DNA of 64,000 nucleotides from Raillietiella orientalis (lineage: Eukaryota), in NCBI GenBank assembly GCA_036172245.1, contig JAYWIR010000040.1, positions 1,178,001 through 1,242,000 on the forward strand, given 5' to 3'. A program made the position numbers and the translations under genes. Below, one piece after another: positions 13,481-23,118 of the stretch. The notes under the pieces are model-generated. The model saw only the letters and a program-made list of their open reading frames with translations. It had not been told where the DNA came from and searched no databases. Positions within the stretch are counted from its first letter, which is position 1; each line of letters begins with the position of its first letter.

Positions 13481-14869
13481 GAATTTCAGGCGCCTGCAGC
13501 GCACCCCCGATCCTGGGATCCCAGCCAGGACCCCGGCGAACGGAAACCCTTCCGAGAGCAAGAGGGGAAGCTCGCTCATCTCTCTCTCTCTCTCTTGTGT
13601 GCACGTGCACTGCGACACTCCACGCGAAACTTCCGGCCGCACGCGTGGCGCGCCTTCGCGGTCGGCGACGCCACCGTGCACGCGTGCGCGCTCTCTTTTG
13701 ACCCCGGACCAACCCGCCGGCTGCATGCGCCAGTCTCGCGACTCCCGAGGCTCTGGAGCGACCTCGCAGGGGAGCTGCTATCTCGGCCCTGACGCGGGTT
13801 TCCCCGTCCGCCGCTCCTGCCAGGGAAACCGAACGCGGCTACCGGCATTTCGCACGGCGCCGGATCCCTCCGGTCGGCATGGCCGCCTAAGCGGGAGGAA
13901 TGGCCATTTTCATCCTTCTGAAGCGATTCGTCGCAGAGGAACCGTTTCCAGGAGGGTGTCCTTGACAACCGATCCGAGATCGCCAGGAAGGGAGCAGGGA
14001 GTTCCCTCCGCATACCCGAGTGCCTCATGCGCGTGCGCAGAATGGGTAGAATAGGTGGCGTAATAGGTGCGAGGATGCGTGCATGGCACGTCGTGCGACG
14101 GGACTTGTACAGACAGATGCGTGCAGCGCGCAGATGTACGGAACGCGACCGTCGCGCACGCTGCTGTCTCGTGACTGCGTACCGCGCTTGTCGTGTCCAC
14201 CTCACGCACCTGCAAATAGGCATTTTCCTCCTCCGTTGCCAAGCACACGCTGCTTGACAAGAAAGATTGCTGCATGGCAGCACATAAAGCACACACATGT
14301 GGGCACGCTATTCACATGCCATGTAGTAAGCGTGCACTATGCACGTACCGTGTGTACACACCACGCACTCGCAATGGCGTGTGGCTTCACTCGGAATAGG
14401 CGACCACACTTCATGCTCTTGCACAATGTACGCGTACTTCGCACATGCACGGCATTCGTACAGGCTGCCCTGGAAACGAGACCCCCAAAGGTTAGTGGGT
14501 GGCGGCGGGACCATGGTGGAGGTCTAACGGGATCGCCGCCGAGCTCACCTGCATCCCGTGGACGGCTTCCAGGAACGAGTGAACCGAAAGGACGAGTCCT
14601 GTGCCCTCTCTCCCCTGAGCTTTTACTGGATTTCCCAACCCTACCGCTGACTGAGCGTTTTCACCAAAGGGAAGGCCAGCCACGACCTGAGAGAGATGGA
14701 GCGATCCGAGGAAGCGGGGGCGCCTCTCTCTCCGCAGCATCCTTGCTGCTGTGCGGCCACTCGGAATGCACAGGGCGGCAGCCTTCTAGTTGCAGATGCC
14801 GTCTTCCGGACGACCGTCCCACGCGCTTGAGCAAGCGGAGCGGATGCTGAGGTGGACCCTGCAGCATCG

Positions 14870-15240
14870 ACCTCCAGGATGGGGTCGTCCTCACGTGCCG
14901 GCGGCAAAAACCCTGCCTGAATCCCCAGACTTGCCACTCGGAGCATGGCTGCATAAAGCAGTGGAGAGCTCAGTGGAATTCCTTGCTTTTGTCCCGACGG
15001 AGATCGAGGATACTGAGCACATTTCATCTCATTCTGAGGAAGTTCTCTCTCCTCGTCACCCGGGTTTCCCAGCAAAGTGGCTCCCATCCGCTCGTGAGAA
15101 GTCCTACAGAGAGCGCCCGTTTCGTCCACGGAAATGGTGCACAGCTCCGTGGATCGCCATCTACCTCCATTCGTGTTCAATGCTTCATCAGGGAACGGTC
15201 TCCCCCGGCTCCCCGTCGGGCATGGACAGCCGTAGGCGAT
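14870..15240 (-). pseudogene. Decayed non-LTR (L1/Tx1-like) reverse transcriptase core fragment
   Basis: One minus-strand frame (ORF 14641..15246) carries RT motifs in the canonical order: TGSRGRPFPD (Q.GF..GR...D), ISVDETGALCRTSHERMGATL (LD.EKAFDRV.H..L..TL), GQKQGIPLSSPLLYAAML (G.RQG.PLSPLLY) and REDDPIL (degenerate YADD). Confidence 0.7.
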
Positions 15241-15289
15241 GCTCAACCCTCTTCCCGGGCGTTGCTACGAGCCCCCCCTCCCCTCGAAA

Positions 15290-15422
15290 AGCCTGGTGAA
15301 GAATCTTCGCCGGATGTGCCCTGGAAATGTCTCGGCGCTGAGTAAACCACGAGGTGAGTGGCAGAGAAGAGGAGGCAGGCGGACAAGATGCATCCCTCTA
15401 CATCTCGCATTCTGCCATCTCG
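15290..15422 (+). repeat. ~140-bp direct repeat, copy 2
   Basis: Aligns with 13338-13480. Confidence 0.85.
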
Positions 15423-15459
15423 CATTCTGGCCACCGAGATGGCTCCTCGATAACCTTTT

Positions 15460-15653
15460 CATGAGTGCTATTTGAACACACAGTAAACCACATACGTGTC
15501 CACCCGTCCTCATTTTGTACAGTGTGAGCCACTTGAAGCGGGCCCATCCCAAGCCCCTCTGCGCGCTTCCGCATAGACAGATCTGACGCGGGCTCAACGA
15601 ATATTTTTAGACTGCATTGCTGGCTACCGTGCTGATCGCGCCCGCTTACGTCA
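15460..15653 (+). repeat. 194-bp direct repeat, copy 1 (partner 20903-21096)
   Basis: Ungapped match to 20903-21096 with 11 substitutions by manual count (~94% identity). Confidence 0.95.
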
Positions 15654-15679
15654 TGCCATCCTCCAGATGAGACCCTCTT

Positions 15680-16135
15680 CTCTCTGGGCAGAGAGCATGT
15701 AGATGTCTATTATGCCCTCTCGGAGGCTGAGAGGCAGGCAGTTTGTGTTTGGCCCGGGCATGCAGTCTCCCATCGAAAAAGGGATACAGCTGTTGATCCT
15801 TTCCCGATCCTCGGCAGATCTCAGAGCAACGACCCTGGAGAACTGCCGCCTCCCGGAGAACCCTTCGTGCTCCGTGGAGTACTCTTTCAGATCATCTACG
15901 CGGGAGCGTGGATGCTGGCACGGAGTCGTCCGTCCCCGGGGTGATCTTCTGCGAGGAACTGAGACTGGAGGAGAGACCAGCAGGTCTCCCCCATTTCTGC
16001 CAGAGGTTTCTGCACGTAGTTGTCCGCGCTTAGGATCTGCCAGAATCCAAAAGAAGGCTGACGGGACCATTCCCATCAGTCCTCTCTTGTTAGTCCTGCG
16101 CAGTTTCCGTATTTCTTTTCTGTTTGCGAGATCTG
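15680..16135 (-). pseudogene. Decayed L1/Tx1-like ORF2 fragment N-terminal to the RT core
   Basis: ORF 15651..16139 (-) contains GMVPSAFFWIL (cf. GE.P..FF.L), MPGPN (cf. KSPGPDG) and LPLSLREGIIDIY (cf. LP.S.R.G.I.LI.K). It lies upstream of, and on the same strand as, the 14870-15240 fragment. Confidence 0.55.
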
Positions 16136-16879
16136 CCATTCTCCTGCGAGATGTCGCTCTCTTTTAGCAGCCACCGTCTGGAGGATTTGCACCCGGTCAC
16201 GCCGGGACGTTTAATTAAAAAAATAAACCCCAACTCAGAGGGAAATTCCCTGAATACAAGAGATGCCAGAAAAAAAACGAAGCTCATTGGGGATGGCCAC
16301 TGGCACGCAGGCAGGCTCCTAATAAAGTAGGGAACGAAGGGAAGTAACAGTAGATAAATAAAAACGGACGTGAGAATAGGGACAGGGGTCTTTGGTTTTA
16401 TTCGTTCCTTTCTTTCTAGAAGCAGCTGCGCACGGTGGCGACTTCCGTGATGACTTCTGGAAGATGAGACCACCTAATAGCCGTCCTCAGCGAAACGGCT
16501 GCCATGCTGGTGGCCTCATTTTCCTGCGAACGAGACTACATCACGGAGAGGGCCGTCAAATGGTGCGGAGGCAACATCTCGTTGCGATCATAGCGTCCGC
16601 CGTCAGCCCGCCTGAGTGAAGAAGCGCCTCAGCAAGTCCGAAACGGAGGCCTCCGGGCGGCAAGAGCGCCGAGGCAAGTTTCCTCTAAAACTCCGTTAGG
16701 GCGCCGCAGTCCGTGGAGGCGGAGGAACGATTCCATCGCTCCGCTCGGGGAGGCAACTCTCGGAAAGCAGGTGCCTGGGCCGGTTGCACTGGAATCCCCA
16801 GTGCTGGAACAGCAGAACGTCCCGTTTCCACCGCAGAGGCAGCATCTCAGTGTCCGTACACAACGAACCGCGAGTTCTT

Positions 16880-18530
16880 CGTGGGGCACACCGAGCAGGT
16901 CGCCTTGGGGATCCCGACGGCTCGGTACTTTAAGTACCTCGGTGTACCGTTGGGGGACTGTTCTCCAGGATAGGCATGGTCCAGCTGCCTCCAGAAGGCA
17001 GAGTCTGCGATCGGCCAGCTTTAGGATTGCAAGTTTCTCTTGCCGCAATGGACCGCGGTGTGGAACACGTTCCTGGTTCCCCTCTTCCGCCTCCTGCTTT
17101 TTGTTTGCCCCCACCGAGAAGTATAAAGAGGCAGACGAAGGACCTCCTGAGAATCGCCCTGTGGGGCACAGAGAGGTCCGGAGTCCTCCTGAAGGACTTG
17201 TGGGCTCCACGTCTCGACGGAGGCCTCGGTCTCCTAACACTGGAGAGCCTGGGGCGGCGGCTCTAGCGGAGGACGCTTGCCCCAGTGGCGAAGCTTTGGA
17301 TCATGAACTGGTGCGAGCGCACGCGACACCTGGTCAAGCGAGCCACCGGCTACGTGGGACTGTCTTCGTTCCTGGCACGGCGGCGCAGACGCAACGCGTC
17401 CAGCTAAGAACTGGAGCTCCTACGGGTGGCCAAGCTGACAACTGGGTCTTCTTCCGGCCCTCAAACGGTAGTGCCTGACTGCAGGAAACCGTTCGCACAT
17501 GGACCAAGAAGCACGAAGAGAGCCCGGAGATGCGGCAGCGACTGCTGCACTCCTACGACAACCGCTCAGTCCAGGACGTCATTGTGCAGCCCACCACGTG
17601 TGCGTGGGCGCAAAGAACCTCCTTAGCTGCGGCACTGCCCTCCATCAGGGAGCACCTGGGAAGTAACCGGGCAGCAACCTGGGACATCATTTGCGAAATA
17701 GGTCTTCGGACGAAGGAATTAGGTGGTCGTACCACGGGACAGTTCACGGAATTTTCGACCTCAAGTGCCCCACCGAAAGAACTATTGCTCTGAGGCGAGC
17801 CGCTGGGAACCCTATGGGAAGGCCTCGAGTGGCCCCCAGCGCTGAAGAACAATCGGGCCCTCTCCGTGAAGTGGCAGGAGTCGGCACTTTTGCTGTTGCC
17901 CTGGGGTCTCCCGTGCAACGCCCGCCGGTCTCACCGGACCCGGGGGACTGCGGACCCCAACTGTTGCAGATGCGGGGAACGGAAATCCCTTCAGCACCTG
18001 CTTGTAGACTGTGTTGCCCTCCGGTCCCTGTGGTTGCGTTACGGAACGGCCCTTAACGCACCGACCGACAATCCCAGGGACGTGATAAAGTGCCTCTTCG
18101 TGAGCGATGCCCTTTCGCCTGCCGTATCCCCAGCAGCTCTTTGCTGCTGCCTAAGCGGGGCTGAGGCGACCTGGAGCCACGCGAGATCAGGGAGGCACGA
18201 CAGGGACGCCATCTGCTTCGCCCTACGCTTCCTGAGGACGGCGGCAAGATGGCCCCGTCTGGGGCATACTCGTATGGAACTTGTCGGCATCCTTGCAAGG
18301 ATGCAGAGGACGCCCTCCAGCTCCCGATGATCCCTTACCATGCCCTCCAGGTTTTTTTTAATAATTGATTTTTATTTATTTTTATTTTTGTTTTCCCCTC
18401 CTCCTTCTCCTCCGTAGCCGAGACGAACCTCGACGGCCTGCGTGCCGGTTATTCGGCAGGTTCCGAACATCTTCGGACGATGTAGGGCCGATGGCCCCAC
18501 ACCTGTATGTTTATTATTTTTATAATAAAC
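16880..18530 (+). mobile_element. 3' half of an L1/Tx1-clade LINE (RT domain 7/thumb, zf-RVT CCHC knuckle, 3' UTR), pseudogenised
   Basis: YFKYLGVPL at ~16935, LWAPRLDGGLGLLTL at ~17200-17240 and CCRCGERKSLQHLLVDC at 17962-18012, with in-frame stops and frameshifts. Stop at 18330, T-rich 3' UTR, AATAAA at 18524-18529. Confidence 0.85.
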
Positions 18531-18819
18531 ATCCCAGCGTCATCGGGTGTTGAACCAAACAGGTCGCCTTACCGGGGGAGCCCCTTTTCGCGGGAACAAG
18601 CACTGGTAGCCTCCACCAACCCGATCGTTTTGCAGCCGTTCAGGAGTTTCTCGACTCGTTTTCTCGTATAGAGGACAGTCGCGCTCGATCCGTGGTCGCG
18701 AGGGGGGGTGTAGAGAAATCTATACCTTTGAGAAGTTTTTTTTTGTTTTTGCTGAAAGGCAAAAGACCAACGTTTTGGGTTTCGGTTCCAGGGTAGCTCA
18801 GATGAAGAAAGATTTTTCT

Positions 18820-19560
18820 TTTTTTTATTAACTTTTTTTATATTTTTCTTTTTGCCGGAAAGCTGCCGAAAGAAAAGATCAACTGTTTATTTATTGGCAT
18901 TTTCTTGGAGCGTCGTGGGCGGCTGGAAGGTTGCAGCGCTGCACGTCCACCTCGAGGGACGTTTCCCGCCTCCATGGATCATCTACTAGGAGTGAGCTTG
19001 CTCTTAGGAATTTTCGACCAACAGTTCCAGAAACTCGAAGGCGGTCAGGTAGTCGTCTCTGACGATGCTACTGACATCTTTCGTGCAGAGCGCAGGCTCC
19101 CTCGCCAAGGACCTCAGGCTCGCTCTCCACGGATTCAGGTGCCGGAGAAACTTCAGCAGGCTGTTGCCGTCCAGCAAGGCTTGCCGGGCCAGTCCTCTCG
19201 TCCACGCGAAAATGTACGCCAGGGAATTGATTTGTGGACGTTTCCTTGGCCCTGCTGGTGCAGGCGGCAGTGTCTGGTGACGGCGCTGTGAGCAGCCTCC
19301 GAATCCATGGCCTTCCCACCAGGACCGAGGTCATCGGTCCCAAAGAACCGAATCCCTGAGCGATGCAGACTTTCTGCGAAGATTCTGGCGGATTCCTGGT
19401 GACCTGAAACTTCCGTCTGCTGACTCCCGAGTGGATGACGGATCAGGTCTGGACTTCCTACAGCCTGGAGGGACACATCCATCCTCTCCGCATCCCTCAG
19501 CTGGCGGATGGGAAGATGTAGCCTTCCTTCGGTTGCTTCGGTTTCCTTCGGCCCGGGCGC
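18820..19560 (-). pseudogene. Possible second decayed LINE 3' end, tail-to-tail with the 16.9-18.5 kb element
   Basis: Minus strand gives GRLHLPIRQL...GCVPPGC/GSPDLIRHPL (frameshifted knuckle-like) and a helical-looking stretch INSLAYIFAWTRGLARQALL...FEFLELLVENS*. It is followed by AATAAATAAA and an A-rich tail (T-rich on + at 18810-18895). Confidence 0.35.
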
Positions 19561-20902
19561 GCCGCCACGCAGCCGATTCTCCTGCCCTCCCGCTTTGCTC
19601 TGCAAGCGGGAGGGCAGGAGTCCTCTTGGCAACGGGGATCACCACAGGATACACTCACTCTTGCCTCGGTCCACGAGGCTTCATCATCTCCTAGAGTTTT
19701 TGCTTTTCGCGCTGGAAGAGCCATTTCGGGAGGGACGGGAAGGATTCGGGATGAAGGAGGAGGGCGCGTTGTTTTCTCGAGCGGGGATTTTCCCACCCGG
19801 AAGGCTCAACAGGAGAATCGGGTTGCGGATGCTGGGGACTCGGGAGCACAACTCCCTCTCCGTTGTGGAAATCTGCTCTAGGAAGGACCGGCCGACCCAG
19901 AGTCGCGGCGGCACTCCCGTTCCAGGGCAGCTCAGAAGAGGGAAAATCCTTCCTCGCCCGTACAAGAAAGAGAGAAGAATGGAACCGCTGCATCCTCGAG
20001 GAGGAGAGGCAATTCCTTATGCCGCTCTCTGGAGAGGGAGTCTCTGCTTGGATCCCCAAGAAGCAGAAACGTCCCTCTTCTTTTGTGGACGGCCCGGTTC
20101 TATTCGCTTCGAGGATGAGGGCCCCACCTCCCGGAGGCAGAGCAAGCCAACCAGCCCTGCCTTTGATTCCACGGGGGCAGCAGGGGGTGCTCGCAGCAAC
20201 GCTTTCATCAATGCGTGAAAGCGCGCATGCCACGCATCACTGCGTTCTCAATAAACGGAACTGACGTACGCACTGCGCACATAGAAATTACGACGCAAGC
20301 CACGTGGTGCCACGGCCATTTGCAAGGCTCCAGCGCGCGCCGGTCTGCACGGCTTTTGGAACGCTCTCTGGAGATGCGCGCGACTCGCTCGTTCCCAGCG
20401 TGCAACGGAAGGGTGTCCCGGTGAAGAGCCAACGTGGGGGACGGACTCCGGAGCAGCGCGAGCATTCGCGGGCGTCCAGCGGCTGGGTGAACCGCCACTC
20501 CTGGAACGACCCTCAACGGATGACGCAGGTCAGCCGCTGACGAGGCTTGGAGTCGGCTGCAACCTCAACCGCTGCCTGCCACAAGGGGGGGGCGAAGCAG
20601 CCGCTCTCTTCGCGCCCCTGTCGAGCCCGCCCAGATCGCTGCATCCTCGAAAAGGAGAGGGACTTCCGAGTAACCCATTCCGTCTTTTCCGAGGCTGCAA
20701 GCTCACGCAGCCAGGAGAGCGAGGAACCCGAGCTGCCGCGGTCCACCTGCATCCCACGGGAGAGGGAGGCGGGTGTGCTCCTAGGGGAACGGAAGCCGGG
20801 ATTCGCGCGTTCCCTGGTCGAAAGAGTCTGCTCCCATCTCAGAGGCTCGTGCTCCACACCAGGTGGGAGTCCTGCACGGGATGAAAGAAGTCCCGTGCGG
20901 CG

Positions 20903-21096
20903 CATGTGTGCTATTTGAGCACACAGTAAACAACAAACGTGCCCACCCGTCCTCATTTTGTACAGTGTGAGCCACTTGAAGCGGGCCCACCCCAAGCCCC
21001 TCTGCGCGCTTCCGCATAGACAGATCCGACGTGGGCTCAACGAATATTTTTAGACTGCATTGCGGGCTGCCGTGCTGATCGCGCACGCTTACGTCA
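20903..21096 (+). repeat. 194-bp direct repeat, copy 2
   Basis: See 15460-15653. Confidence 0.95.
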
Positions 21097-22709
21097 CGCT
21101 GCCTCAGGCGGGCCGATTTCAAGCTGCTCGACCAGCATAAGTGCAAGCGTAAACTACATGTGCAAATATCTGTACTCTATCTCGTACTTAGGTGGCTCTG
21201 CTACACGCGTACTCGTGTATGCTCAGTGCTAGCGGGCAAAAACACGCGACCGCTCCTCGCTCCGACGAACCTTGCGACTCTCCGGGTTTCCTGGAGGCCA
21301 CCGGCGCGGCGGGCCTGGACGACCCTTCCCCACATCGGGAACTCACCTTTCCTGGACGAGGAGGAAGGGACGCACCTTCCCGTCCGCACCGGCGAGAAGC
21401 CGGCACTGATGCTGTCCCCGGCCCCGATGGGAGACAGCAAGGGTAACGCGCGGAAGACTCGCAGACGTCCTGGGCGGCAGCAACCGTCCTTCCCGCTGCC
21501 TGGAGAGTAAGCGTGTGCGTGACCCTGCAGGCAAGCCTGGGGAGGGGAAGCTCGAGAGTGGCGGTTCCCCATCCGGAGGTGCAGTCCTCCCCCCCCCAAA
21601 TGGGGGGATGCGTGCGAGAACCTCTTGGCGTGTAACGTGAAAAGAGAAGCGGCAGGGAAGCAGGAAAGGGGGTGTGGTCCTTCCGACCGCGAGAGGAAGG
21701 GTCAAGTGTGTCTCTCCACCACCTTAACCGCTTTCCACCGAGCCGAGCCACCCGCGCTGCTACAGCAGGTCACCATCTCCCCTTCCCCATCCTGCCGATC
21801 GCCGAGGTGACCTCCATGGAGGAAGCTCTCCCTCCGTGGCGCGCGCCGGAAGCCACAGCGGCCTTCCGGCACCGCGCAGGTGCAGTCGCGTCTCCCCGCG
21901 CGCGCGAAGTGAAGGAAATCTTCTCTCGAGCGCCCCTAGCGGGAAGGCACTCACGTAGCCGATTTCAGCTCGGAAGGTTTTCCGGTAGATGGCGGTGCGG
22001 TGCGAACCCCGGGGATCGAGGAGGACGGCGCGTCCCGTTGCAGCAGCGGCAGCCGCGGGGCGGGACTCCCAGAGCGGAGTGCCCTCCGCTTTCCTCCCCT
22101 TCCTACTCGCAACCGCCGTCGTCCGCTCCTCCCCTTCCCGACAGCGGAGGTTTCGCCCCCCACGAAATCTCGACGGCGCGCGCACAGGGAAGCTCCTCCT
22201 GCAGAAGGGGGGGGGGGAGGGTCTCGCGGACGACCCACGCCTTCCTTCTCCTCCTCTTCCTCCTGGACGCGATCGACGGCATCTCCCCAGCAGGCGGGTG
22301 CCGGAGGGCCGACACCCTGTCCTCCACCTTCCCTCCCCCCCCCCCCTTCCTTCCTTCCCTCGGTCTCCGACGCCAGGAGGTGCCGCCGCCGCTAGAGAAC
22401 GGGCGGCGGTCCACTTCCCGATCCGGCGGGAAGCGACGGGTACTCGCGGCTCGGTCGCGCTCGCTTGCGGTTCCTCTCGCGCCACCGCCGCCTTCTTTCC
22501 TTCCCTCCGCGCGGGTCTTCCGCCCGCCTCCACCCACGTCCACCCTTCCTCGTCTCCTGTCCCCCCTCTTCTTCCCGCGCGGCGCGTGCGTGCGCGTTCT
22601 CCCCCGACCCGGTGGAGAGGCGTCGCAGCACATCGCGGCGGCGGTGGTGGCGCCGCCGCCCTTCCTCCTTCTCCTCCTCCTCCTGCCTCCCCGGCGCCAT
22701 TCCCACCGC

Positions 22710-23118
22710 ATGGCCCCCGTGTACCTGCCCGGCTGCGACCCTGGCGGTGGAGTCCCCGCGGCGGCGGCGGTGTGCGGCAGCGACCACTCCACCGGCAGCG
22801 GCGGCCACCCTTCCCTGCCCGAGGGAGTTGCCGCGGCGGCAGCAGCGGCGGCGGCGGGGGTCCTGTCCCCCGCGGAGGCCACCGGCGAGGACCTCCTGTA
22901 CTTCCGCCACTCGCTGCCCACGGCCGCGGCGTACAGCGTGGCCTACGGTGTCGTCTTCCTGACCGGGCTGGCCGGCAACGGCATCGTGCTGAGCCTCATC
23001 GTCCGCAGCCGGGTGCTCCACCGGCCCACCCACATCTTCATCGCCAACCTGGCCGTCGCTGACGTCCTCGTCCTCGTCTTCTGCTTGCCCGCCACTCTCG
23101 TCGCCAACATCTTCGTCC
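22710..23118 (+). CDS. SIFaR: Neuropeptide GPCR, SIFamide receptor-like, coding exon 1 (N-terminus, TM1-TM2)
   Basis: ATG at 22710. Encodes YFRHS..AYSVAYGVVFLTGLAGNGIV (TM1 GN) and IFIANLAVADVLVLVFCLPATLVANIFV (TM2 LAxAD). Ends at phase-1 donor C|gtgagt. The start codon is the most plausible one, not proven. Confidence 0.9.

Noticed and set aside
15460..21096. Intact LTR retrotransposon
   Set aside because: No TSD, PBS, PPT, gag or integrase, and the internal coding remnants are of non-LTR type.
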